Positions 27,477 to 38,467 of a DNA stretch of 41,200 nt are shown one piece after another (within the stretch, counting starts at the first letter, position 1; each line of letters opens with the position of its first letter). Below the pieces are notes generated by a model. It saw only the letters and a list, made by a program, of their open reading frames with translations, made no database searches and was not told where the DNA came from. The position numbers were made by a program, and so were the translations under genes. This DNA is from Paraspadella gotoi (lineage: Eukaryota > Animalia > Chaetognatha), in contig CM119266.1 of the NCBI GenBank assembly GCA_051294375.1, forward strand, positions 12,276,894-12,318,093, read 5' to 3'.

Positions 27477-27857
27477 TTAAAACCTGAAGAGGTCTTCCGC
27501 CAGCGACTCCTCGGCGGCGGCGGAGAGAGTCGTCCACGTCCTCGGATCCTCGAACTTGGCGAGGTTGTTGGCGGGATTGACGGGATCGAGAACGAGCGGG
27601 AACTCGATCCTCGTCTCCGATCGAATCTCCTCCTCCGAGTAGTTGACCGTCCAAAAGACGTTCAACACTCCGGGATCCTTCAGCCTCGTCAACATTCCGC
27701 GCAGGGCGACGAGCAGCTGGAAGCGCAGGCGCCCGCGAAGGATTGTCTCCCAGTGGTTGATGCAGAGCAGCTCGAAGAGATAGGACGGGACGCGGCCGCC
27801 GTTGTAGCGAGGGCGGACGACGCGCTTGTACCAAAATTTGACTAGGAGGATCAGGTC
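27477..27857 (-). CDS. OAS: OAS-like protein, exon 2 (aa 400-525): OAS1_C domain
   Basis: After the (CT)n-TAG acceptor, phase 0 gives DLILLVKFWY (cf. LIRLVKHWY), PSYLFELLCINHWE (cf. PQYALELLTVYAWE), VFWTVNY (cf. IYWTKYY), PLVLDPVNPANNL (cf. PVILDPADPTGNL), WTTLSAAAEESL, then the stop at 27477. Same frame as ORF 27477..27695. Confidence 0.92.
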   Translation of the reverse strand, partial: DLILLVKFWYKRVVRPRYNGGRVPSYLFELLCINHWETILRGRLRFQLLVALRGMLTRLKDPGVLNVFWTVNYSEEEIRSETRIEFPLVLDPVNPANNLAKFEDPRTWTTLSAAAEESLAEDLFRF

Positions 27858-27987
27858 CTAAGAGAGAGAGAGAGAGAGAGTAAGACGAGAAAGCCGAGAG
27901 AGAGAGAGAGAGAGAGAGAGAAAATTTATTCTTGAATGCACCAAAATTCTTGACTTTCTTCAGCATCACAACATAATAATAACTCAC
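27858..27987 (-). other. 130-nt GT-AG intron of the OAS gene
   Basis: GTGAGT donor, (CT)n polypyrimidine tract and TAG acceptor. Removing it joins ...DRVK to DLILLVKFWY and restores the OAS consensus. Confidence 0.9.
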
Positions 27988-29184
27988 CTTGACTCTGTCG
28001 CAGTCACCGATCTTCTGCAGCACGAACCGCTTCTGCAGCTCCGCCAACGAAGTATTAAATTCTGATCCTTGAATCTTCCCCGCGACGAGGCTCCACGAGA
28101 CGACGCCGTCGACGAGGCATTCCGGAAGAAGTTCGTAGGCGACGAGGACGTCCACGGCGACGCCGTCGATGGTCGTGGAGAAGCCGAATGGCGCCTTCAA
28201 GGCGCAGTCTCGCCGGGAACTCCGTTCGCAAACCGCGCATTCTTGGAAGCTCCACATGACGGACTTGAGAAAAACTTCACGATACTTTCTGAATATCTCG
28301 CGGGTCGAGAATTCGAGACTTTCAGTTCCCAGTACGATACTTTTTGCGAAGACGACGACGTCCAAGTCGGCGTGTCCGCGAATAGCGGTGCCTCGTCCAA
28401 GAGAACCGCTTTTCAACACCTTGGAGGCGGCGACGGATTCCAGATGTTGAGTGAGGCAGGTGTGAATTTGACCCATGACTCCTCCGTAGCGTCGTTTGTC
28501 CTCTTCGGAGAGACGAACCATTTCGGACAGGCACTTGTTGAGATCCTTCTCCGTTTTTGGAAATCCCAAACACGCCGTCAAGCCTTTTGGGCTTGAATCA
28601 GCGGCCGTTCCGTGGAGGTTAGCCAGTTGCATTTTCGGTTTAGTCTCCTCGGTTATAGGTGGCACAAGATTTGAGACAGAAGGAATTGCCTGGCTCTGAT
28701 TGGACCTTGGCCTCGGCCTGGCTTCCGGAGGCGGAGGCGCCATGCGTCTGGGACGATTCCGGACTAGAGGAGGTCCTTGAAGCTGGATCATGTTTGTAGG
28801 AGGTGGTGGAGCAGCCAAGGCCCCGGGCCAGCTTCTTCCATATTGCGCCATCGGCACAGATGCAGAAACCGTCGGCGGCAGCACAAAGACGCCTCCTGAA
28901 ACCCCGGAATTGGCCGTGGCCGTCGACCCATTGTTGGCGTTCGATTCGGACGTATTGCAGTCCCTCCCCGCAGTGACGTTCTGGACCTTTCCGATTTTTT
29001 GCCATTTGCAAAAACCAAAGGCAGCAAGGAACCCGACAATGACTAGGCCAACCAATGCCATTAAGATTGCCCAGCAGATAGTGAAGGAGCAATCGCAGCC
29101 GTAATATCTGCTGGTCAGCGAGCAAAGGCTGCAACTCGCCGTTTTTAAAAGGTCCGGTGCAACGCATCGATGTAAAAACGACAT
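27988..29184 (-). CDS. OAS: OAS-like 2'-5'-oligoadenylate synthetase, exon 1 (aa 1-399): Cys-rich N-terminus, TM helix, Pro-rich linker, nucleotidyltransferase lobe
   Basis: 1197-nt open frame from ATG 29184 (acaATG, in-frame TAA 9 nt upstream). OAS motifs: GSLGRGTAIRGHADLDVVVF (P-loop-like GS plus D273-x-D275), VAVDVLVAYELL (third Asp D345, cf. OAS1 VEFDVLPAFDAL), FNTSLAELQKRFV (cf. FSTCFTELQRDFL). Ends at phase-0 donor AAG|GTGAGT. Confidence 0.92.
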
Positions 29185-29324
29185 TGTATTTTAAACTGTC
29201 GTTAATGCGAAGGAAAATTTCTCTTTTGATCCGTTGGCTCTAGAAGAAAACGCCAAATAATTTCAAGTTTGAATTTTTTTTTTTATTAAACTTCAACGAC
29301 TTTTCTCAAGGCATACGTAAGCTT

Positions 29325-29372
29325 CTCCTATTGGTTGATTTTAAAAAAGCACGCGTTCAACGGCCAATATTG
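29325..29372 (-). promoter_or_regulatory. Possible OAS promoter: two oppositely oriented CCAAT boxes
   Basis: ATTGG at 29330 and CCAAT at 29364, 150-180 bp upstream of the ATG. Motif match only. Confidence 0.25.
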
Positions 29373-29449
29373 TTATGGAAACATGTCGAGAGAAGGACAA
29401 GATTCGTGTCGCAAGATCATTTTAAAATTCTGAGAAATATACTTAACTT

Positions 29450-29588
<139 letters not shown>

Positions 29589-30534
29589 CTAATATCATAC
29601 AAAGATCATGCCTTCACGCATGAATAAGCATTTAAAAAGGCAAGAATAGAACAAAGCCGACTCTTCGATATGTTTGGTTAACTTAAAATTTAAGTTAAAT
29701 ACTAGTCCCTTCCGGCCGGAACAAAATAGCGCTGAACCGAAGGTAGAAATGCGGTTGCAACAGAAGAATCGAGTGAAGAAATTGCTGATTGCGACGCGCA
29801 TCCCCCTCAAAATTTGTCCCCATTATATTTTGACAATTGGCGAAATTTGGAAATTGCGTTTGGATTCTGAGTCTAGGAAAAAGTTTAACCAATTTTGAAA
29901 AAAAGAAATTCGACGACCCTCCGCGGTTCGAGTTTTTTATCGTTTCATTAAAGATTGAGTCAGCTAATTTGTCATTCTTTGAAAAAGTCTCGATATATTT
30001 CTCAGAAAAAGTCGTGTTTGGGTGGTAACTACTACGACGTCTCGACTATCGAGCCAACGCATAAAATGAGCTTAATTTTGATATTTACATTCGAATCAGG
30101 TAGCATAAGGCTTTAGTCGGGGAATAGAATTAATTTATGCTTTTTTATTATTCAAATACTTATTTGTCAATAAATATTGAAACTTTATTATTAAACACTA
30201 AATGTACTTAGTTTACTAAATAACAATAAAATTGAAAAAAAAACACTAAAAATAAAACCCTGTGGACGCAACAAGTGGGGGAAATTGAGCGAGGGTATAT
30301 AATTTTCCTACAATACCTACAATATTTTATTATGGCACTATGATGCGATAAACCTTTCGTTTTCGTTGTTATTAGGATTTATTATGGCACTAAACTCGGC
30401 GGAGATTCAATCAATTATAATCTTTCGTAGTTTTTCTTAGCTAAAAATAGTCGGGCGAGTCTTTCTATCCCAACTTTTAATCTCTTTTCTCACCATCTTC
30501 CCCCCCCCCTCTTTTCGTCTGTTCCTCATTTCAG

Positions 30535-30706
30535 CCCGGGGGGCAGAGTTTATCCCGAGCCCCGTCGGGTCAGACCCCCGCGTCCCCACCGCCCCGGGAG
30601 AAGGAAGAGGAAGAGGACGAGGAAGCCGTTCCTTTCGGCGAGGAAGACGACGACGAGGAAAGGAGGAGGAGAGGAGGAAAAGAGACGGACAGAAGAAGGA
30701 TCATTG
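30535..30706 (+). CDS. Candidate host-gene exon (acidic/basic low complexity)
   Basis: Strong polypyrimidine-CAG acceptor and G|GTGAGT donor. Phase 0 reads PGGQSLSRAPSGQTPASPPPREKEEEEDEE...RRII, compatible with the phase-0 donor at 24339. Another frame is also open. Confidence 0.6.
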
Positions 30707-31914
30707 GTGAGTCATTCGATTGGTTGGGGGGGGGCGGAGCGGGAGGGGGTGAGTTTTGGTGGGGGTCGAAACGTGTATGGAGTTAGGACGGGATGAAAAT
30801 ATTAGGATGCGATGGAAACGTAAGGTAAGAAGGAGATGAATTGTTATTGGCTCCGGGCCAAAAATGGCGAAGATGAATAATGAGAGCTTTGAGTAAACGA
30901 TCTTTCTCCCGAGTGTGAAAATAATGAACGTTAAAGTGATTAATAAAATGAGAAAGATGTGAAACGATGACGAAGGGGGGAAGATATAAAATCACTGTCG
31001 GAGAAATGTGAAAGACGTTCCGCGATGAGATGAGGAGCGATAAAGGGGAGCGAGTGATAAAGTGAGGAGCGAAATTGAAGATAAGATTTGAGGGTTGATG
31101 TAGGATCCAGAGTGAAATGGGAACGGATCAAATTACCGACGAGAAAAAAAAATGACTAAAAATAAAAAAATTTAAAAAAAAAACGGTGTGAAATCGATAG
31201 CGGTGGATGCAAGATAAAAAGTCTGGCGTGGTATTAGTTAATTAACTTTTTTTTAAATTTAATATACTGTCGTATTCAAGAGTCTAATGTTTAAATTACA
31301 ATTAGAATTACATTAACTTTGACTACAGACTTTCGACATTCGATTCCTCGTTCGACCCAAACATATTTCTGGGGCCTCGAGACACTTGAACTTTCCCCCA
31401 GTTTCGCTGAAGGGAAAACTTTATTCATTTAATTCGTCTTCTTTGTTGTTCCTTCGCTGAAGCCATATCTCGACAATCAACGTAAATATTTGCAAGCTGC
31501 CAAGACAAGCTTTTTCGCAGTTGTGTTATATGGTATAACAGCTGAATACGCACGAAAATAGATTGGTTTCGATGTATTCAAGGTCATAAACCTTATCTTC
31601 GGGGATCAAACATGTATTAGATTTGACGTAACAGGTCGAAAGATATACGCTCCGAAACACCGCGGCTTTGAAAACGACTTGGTCACAGATCTTCTCATCG
31701 TACACAGCCACAACTCAACATTTGCCACTTTCCATCTCGACAAAAGGATAGGACTCTTTTTTTTTCGCCTGACGAGATAAACATCAACAAAACCTTTCGC
31801 TTTCGTCTTTCGACCAAAACATTTCTCGTTTCTCTTCGCTTCTTCCTTTTTTTTCATTCGATTTCTTTCCTTTTTTTTTCCTTTCCTTTTTTTCGTATTG
31901 CCCGACGAAATTAG

Positions 31915-31991
31915 TTTATCTCGATCCTCTCTCGATTCCTCTGTGGCCGACGCGTCGGGCGGACGGTCGGTCGGGTCCATCTCGACTTTCG
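31915..31991 (+). CDS. Candidate small host-gene exon
   Basis: Long pyrimidine tract, TAG acceptor, G|GTAAAC donor, GC-rich island. Frame ambiguous (LSRSSLDSSVADASGGRSVGSISTF or VYLDPLSIPLWPTRR...). Confidence 0.4.
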
Positions 31992-32175
31992 GTAAACATT
32001 TCGGTTTTCGATTTTTCTCCTTCTCGATTGCTACCTTGCTTGATGGCTCGCTTGGTTTCTTGCTTACTTTCTTGCCATTTTGGATTTTTCCTTTTTTAAT
32101 CTTTGTTGGTTTTCTTTTCATTTTATTATTTCTTCCTTTGTTTGTTTCTTTCTTTCTTTCTTTCTTTCTTTCTTT

Positions 32176-32212
<37 letters not shown>

Positions 32213-32220
32213 TTTTTTTT

Positions 32221-32271
<51 letters not shown>

Positions 32272-32722
32272 AATACTTTCTTTATACTTTTAAAGTAATT
32301 ATCTCCTTTTTTAGCTTTTCTTTTTTGAGTGTGTGACTGTGTTCTCTTCTCTGAGTCTCTGTTTTGTTTCTATTTTTGTTCTATTTGTGTTTTCTTCATT
32401 TTTTAGTTTTGTTTCTGGGAAGACTTTCTATTTTCATAAATCTCTCCCTCTTCCTTCCTCGTCCTCCTCCCTAACCCCCTCTCTTCCTCACTCGCTCTCT
32501 CCCTCCCTTTCCTCCTTCCACTTTCTCTTTTTGTTGTTTTTTTTGGAACCAGCGGGGAGGCGGTCGGCGGGATCTGGGATCTGGGATCTGGGATCCCTAT
32601 AAGACATCGATTATTCACATCAAAAGAATGGAGCGAGAAAAAAATTGATGGTCGTTCAATTTTGGAAAGCGCTGATTTTTCATTTTCACTCACAAAAACA
32701 CTCTCTTTCGGGCAATCGTTAG

Positions 32723-32838
<116 letters not shown>

Positions 32839-33469
32839 CTCCTTCTCCTTCAAAAAAAGGAATATTTTAGGCTCTGACACGTTTTGCTCTCGTTGTCCTT
32901 TTGTTCTCGACAAGAAAATTACCTTTCCGCCATTATTATTTTTCTGTTCCTCTCTCTTTTTTTTTTCATTCTTTTTTTTCTTTCCTCATTTTCTCTCCGC
33001 GTTTCTGACTCACATTTTCTTTTCCATTTTTTTTCTCCTTTCACTTTGTCTGGTTCCCCCCGATTGTCATCGGCCTCATTTATTTTCTTCGGCGCGACGA
33101 CAACGACGACGACGACGATCACGACGACGAGCGATCCGCTTCTCCGACGTTCACTGTCACCGACGCGTTATATTCACAAACTCGCAGTCTCTCGTCTCAC
33201 GAAGGCTGTGAAAAGGGGATAGACTCACGCGAACGCTCGTCTTACATGTCGATTTCACATCACATTTGAATTTGACGAAAATCGTCACTGAATTTTTGCA
33301 TCCAAAAATAAAATTAAATAAAATTTACACAATGAAATAATTTATTTTATTTCAAATGTTTTCCCCGAACTTTATTTTGTTGACATCCCGAGATTTTAAA
33401 ACTTCTACATCCAATTTTCCATCTCAACCCGCTCCATCTCTTTCGACTCCTCTCCCTGCTCCATCTCAG

Positions 33470-33734
33470 CTCCAGCTCCTCCTCCAGTTCCGCTTACTCT
33501 TCCGCTCAAGAGGAGTCTTCGGAACGCCTCAACGATGACGCCGTCCCGAGCGGCGCCGCCGACGCCGGCGTCTCCGTCGCCAACGACGACGACGAAGACG
33601 AAGCGAAGAAGCGACGACGACGAACGGCGTCGATCTTCGGATCTTTGTTCAACATTAAAGAGGCGCTGAAAAGGAAAACGAAAGAGCAACGCATCGACGA
33701 ACGTTTCGACGGAAATCCGCGAGTTGAGGCGCAA
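33470..33734 (+). CDS. Host-gene exon
   Basis: CAG acceptor (same-phase alternatives starting 33476 and 33488), open frame SSSSSSAYSSAQEESSERLNDD...EAKKRRRRTASIFGSLFNIKEALKRKTKEQRIDERFDGNPRVEAQ, phase-0 donor CAA|GTGAGT. Confidence 0.7.
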
Positions 33735-34812
33735 GTGAGTTTTTAACTACTATTAGTATTAGTATTAGTATTACATTATTAAATGTAAATTATTTTTTTA
33801 AAAAGTTGTTGTATGTTTCTTTATGTTTCTTTATGCATCAATTCAAAAAATTCCCAAGCTTTCTTAAATCTAAACCACCGTATGCGTACGAAATGTTCAA
33901 CTCATCAGGTTAAAAATAAACCACGGCAAGCTAACATCTGGTTGGACCGGAATACATTTAATTCCTTCTCGTTGAAGAGCGAAACCAAATGTTTTAAGGC
34001 CGGGTTCGCGGGAGAAAAAAAATAAAATTTACGGCCAAAACAAGTTTTTTTTATGGATGTTGAACATAAATAGCCGCCCTCGAGCTTCGCGATATTTAAT
34101 AATAAGCCATAGCTATATTTGTTATAAGTACGTATTAACCCCTTAAATTGCTTAAATTTTAATAAATATTTTCCTTAATTCTCTGACATGACTTTGAAAG
34201 ATCGAATCTCCTTTTCTTAAAGTTTCTGTGAATTGGAGTTTCGGCGAATTCCAAAACCTTTGCCCTCCAACTAAATCTTCCCTAATCTTTAAATTAGAAA
34301 GACTCTTCTCATCTTCTTAAATTTCTCCCTCTTCATTCCGAGCGTCTCTCGCTTTCATTCAAACTTGAAAGTTTTAATCTGGCGACTCTTCTCTCTCTGT
34401 CCGACCAACGTTCTTTTGTAAGGGACTGTCTGTTCCGTCTTACTCGTATTCCCTTTGCCAAGCTAAGCCTTTGAAAATGGGCTGCTTCGTAATTACATTA
34501 TCAATTAAGTTGAAGCTCTTTATTTTTTTTTTTTCAATTCAAAGCCATCCCATTTTTTTTTCTTCATTTTGGGAGTATTCTAAAATCCCATCAATTCGCT
34601 CAATCCCCCAAAGGAAAAAAAAGTTCAGAAAAGTCAGAAGTTCATGAGGTGGTTTTATTTTTTTATTCTTTTTTTATTAAATCTTTTTTTAAATATTTTC
34701 CCGCTCTTTCCTTTTTTTTTTTAATTTTTTCGCCGACTCGGAAACTCAGATGTTTTGATCTCGAAATAATTTTAACCGATAATGAAAAAAAAAAGGAGGT
34801 AAAAAACCAAAT

Positions 34813-34896
<84 letters not shown>

Positions 34897-35360
34897 CTTC
34901 TCTCCTCCTTCTCCCTTAAAAAAAAAAAAAGGCCGGCCCTGTCGAAGATACAAAGGCTTTGCTGTAGTTTTCTCGCCTCCCCCTCTTCCCCCCTCAGAAA
35001 AAAAATGAGTAAAAAAAGGATGTTTTCTGACTCGAATATACATGTATAACTCTCAATGTCTCTCTCTTTCTCCTAAGAAAAAAAAGAAAATGTGTTTTCT
35101 AGATCCGAAAAACGATCTCGGTTTTTTGTTTTTTAGCTAGAAAAAAAAAGAAGAAAAGTCAAGATTTTTTTCCCCGCTAATTTTACACGGCCAATCCTCG
35201 TGGATGATCTTCAAAGATAAATAAACCGGTATCTCTCTCTTTCTCTTTCTCTCTCTCTTCTAGACCACCTCTTCTCCCCCCTCAGTTTCGATACATCCTT
35301 ATAACTTTTACTCTCAATTATCCATCTTCGTGACTTTTGTTTTCCTCGATTTCTTTCCAG

Positions 35361-35518
35361 AATCGCATAAAAAAGACTAATCGCGCCCTCTCTCTGTCGG
35401 ACCTAACGTCTAACGGTTTCACCGGGTCTTACTTTCAAAACAAAAGGACACAGAATCGTAAAGAAGAAAGAACGAGGGAAAGCGTCGTCAACGTCTGCGC
35501 CTCTTCCGGCAGCACGAG
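35361..35518 (+). CDS. Host-gene exon
   Basis: tttctttccag acceptor, phase 0 in: NRIKKTNRALSLSDLTSNG...SSGST, AG|GTAAGA phase 2 out. Phases match both neighbours. Confidence 0.75.
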
Positions 35519-37334
35519 GTAAGATGATGGCTTTGATGCATCTGGTAAGGGTCTCTGCGTTCTCACGAGGACGAAACTATAAAATTTATTTTATTTTTAT
35601 TTCTTTTTTTATTACCAGTGGTTTTTTTTTATTTTTTCTTTGTTCTCTTGCTGTCTTCTTTTCTTTTTTAAAGAAATATATCTTTCTCAAGACGAAATTT
35701 TTTTTTATTCACAATCATTTGTTTATAAGACAAGACTTCATAATGTAATATATACAACTTAGTGCTAAATTAACTCTGTATTTTTCACATATCACCCCCA
35801 CCCCATTTCCCAAATACTAACCAATTCATACATGCCTGCAATTCACCTCCCTTAATAACGAGCTATTCGGCCTCGTCCGTCAATCATCGTCCGGCTTTTA
35901 CGAAATTTCCCTTTTTCTCTCGTTTCCCCGTTTGACGAAAACCGACGTCTTTTGTTCTTTCGAGTTTGTGAATCGAATTAAACGAGTTTTTTTGTTCGTT
36001 AAACCGAGTTTAAAACGATTCTTTCTCTACGACTTTGAAGCCCAGAATTGAGGATTTCAAAAAAAAAAAAACTCCAAAACTTGGAGGAAAGGAAACTTTA
36101 ATCCTACGAATTTGTTTGCCTTTCCCTTCGTGAATAAAGAGTAAAACTGGGAGAAAAAGCAAAGACGCTGCCATCTGCCGATTTTGGGTTTTAAACCTAT
36201 CAAAATTCGTCCTTTGTTATGGTTTCGAGGGACGAACGTTGAGTTTATAGTATCTTTTTTACGATGGATATCTAATTAAACTTTTAGTTAAAACAAAATA
36301 AAACTTTTTATTCATCGAATTACTGTCAATTTCACATAATGATTTGAATATTGAATGCTAATTTCACCAACGCTCCTCTCATGCAAATTTTTCTATTCAA
36401 TTTTCTTTATTCATTCGATCTTAAGTTTTCTTTGAAGGATCTCGACATCTGCCTGCGGCCAGAAGAATTTTCAATTTCGGAGTCGACGTCTGGATGCACG
36501 TGGTTTCCTCTCTCATTCATCACTTTCACTTTTCTTTCTCCTCTTTTCTCTTTCGGTTTTTCTCTCACTCTTTGCCAAATAGACGGGACCTATCTTCGTT
36601 TTTTCCTGAGCTTTCTTTTGGATTTCTTTTCTTTCTTTGCTTTTTCTCTCTTTCTTTTTTTTTCTCTTTCTCTCTTTATTTTTTTTCCCTNNNNNNNNNN
36701 NNNNNNNNNNNNNNNNNNNNNNNNNNNNNNNNNNNNNNNNNNNNNNNNNNNNNNNNNNNNNNNNNNNNNNNNNNNNNNNNNNNNNNNNNNNNNNNNNNNN
36801 NNNNNNNNNNNNNNNNNNNNNNNNNNNNNNNNNNNNNNNNNNNNNNNNNNNNNNNNNNNNNNNNNNNNNNNNNNNNNNNNNNNNNNNNNNNNNNNNNNNN
36901 NNNNNNNNNNNNNNNNNNNNNNNNNNNNNNNNNNNNNNNNNNNNNNNNNNNNNNNNNNNNNNNNNNNNNNNNNNNNNNNNNNNNNNNNNNNNNNNNNNNN
37001 NNNNNNNNNNNNNNNNNNNNNNNNNNNNNNNNNNNNNNNNNNNNNNNNNNNNNNNNNNNNNNNNNNNNNNNNNNNNNNNNNNNNNNNNNNNNNNNNNNNN
37101 NNNNNNNNNNNNNNNNNNNNNNNNNNNNNNNNNNNNNNTTAGTAAAAAAAAGGATATTTTTCGTTGAACTCTCGCAAATGTAATTCGCCGCCATAAAAAG
37201 AGTAATAAACCACAAAATCACAAATCGAGACGAGAACAAAACTTTTCTTTCAATTTTCGTTAGGTAAAAAATCTCCGTAAAACAAGTCTATTTTTTTTCC
37301 CCGACCCGCTTCCCTGGCCTCTTCTCCGATTCAG

Positions 37335-37685
37335 CGACCGCGGCGAGTCGCTGGAGTCTCTCTCCGAAGCGTCGACTTCGTTACCACGCCAACGAACAGC
37401 CGCTGCCGCCGCAGCCGCCGCCGCAGCCGCCGCCGTCGCCGCCACCGCCGCGCCCAACGGCCCGTCTCGCCCTTTGCCCGCTCGTCCTGCACGCTCTTCT
37501 CGCCAGCCGAGGCCATTGAGCGTGCTTATCCCTTCCCGAGCCGACGCCGCCAACGGGTACGCCTCCGCTGCCGCCGCCGCCGCCACAGACTCCGCCGGAA
37601 TCAGTCGACCGATCGTCGGCGCAGTCTCTTGTTTCGATTTGGACAGAATTCACGAGAATCGCGACGACTACGGATTCGGTGGAAG
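37335..37685 (+). CDS. Host-gene exon (poly-Ala tracts)
   Basis: CAG acceptor, 351 nt, phase 2-2: DRGESLESLSEASTSLPRQRT(A)n...PRPLSVLIP...AVSCFDLDRIHENRDDYGFGG, donor AG|GTAATG. Confidence 0.75.
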
Positions 37686-37788
37686 GTAATGGGTGGTAAT
37701 GGTAAGGGTAATGGGTGGTAATGGTAAGGGTAATGGGTAGTAATGGTAAGGATAATGGGTGGTAATGGTAAGGGTAATGGGTGGTGAG
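37686..37788 (+). repeat. 22-bp G/T-rich tandem repeat, 4.5 copies
   Basis: Unit GTAATGGGTGGTAATGGTAAGG starting exactly at the intron donor. Confidence 0.9.
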
Positions 37789-38467
37789 AGTAATATGCGA
37801 TAATATCAAGAGTGGTCACTGGTTCGAAAATTCTGAAGTATTTTAAAGTAACATTAAATGCATTTAATGATTATCATTACTAAATTTGCTAAACGATTAG
37901 AGTTATTGAGATTGTGAAACATTCCGATTTTGTTGGCAATCGTAATAAATTAGTAAACACATTTGTTAGTTTAAACGCATGATTAAAAAAAAAACATAAA
38001 AGTTGAAGAGTCATCGAACCACTGAGCAGATTAGTTCGTAGTAGTAAAATCACGAAAGGCATTTGAGAAGTAATCGTCCGTTTATCACGAAGATGATGAC
38101 GAACAAATGACTCACTCGTCTGACTCGAACGAAAATCATCAAAAACATCCTGACACAGTGAAAGCATTCTCTCTCTCTCTNNNNNNNNNNNNNNNNNNNN
38201 NNNNNNNNNNNNNNNNNNNNNNNNNNNNNNNNNNNNNNNNNNNNNNNNNNNNNNNNNNNNNNNNNNNNNNNNNNNNNNNNNNNNNNNNNNNNNNNNNNNN
38301 NNNNNNNNNNNNNNNNNNNNNNNNNNNNNNNNNNNNNNNNNNNNNNNNNNNNNNNNNNNNNNNNNNNNNNNNNNNNAAAAAAAAAAAAAAGAATCTGATT
38401 ACCGACGAAATTATAATTTGTTTTCCTTTTTTCCTTTTTCTCCCTTTTTTTCCTCTTAATAACTCAG

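Noticed and set aside
27477-28560. Bacterial CBASS CD-NTase, cGAS/Mab21, poly(A) polymerase or CCA enzyme
   Set aside because: Spliceosomal intron, no operon, and OAS-specific motifs (LVKxWY, YxxELL, WTxNY, LDPxNPxNN) point to the OAS family.
28055-29167. Overlapping alternative-frame and antisense ORFs across the OAS
   Set aside because: Shadow ORFs of GC-rich coding sequence with no recognisable motifs.
27469-29184. 571-aa single-exon reading of the OAS
   Set aside because: It runs through a canonical intron (SLSLSL from (CT)n) and loses the OAS1_C motifs, which lie in another frame.
37686-37788. Interstitial telomere
   Set aside because: No TTAGGG, TTAGG or TTAGGC array. The unit is 22 bp.
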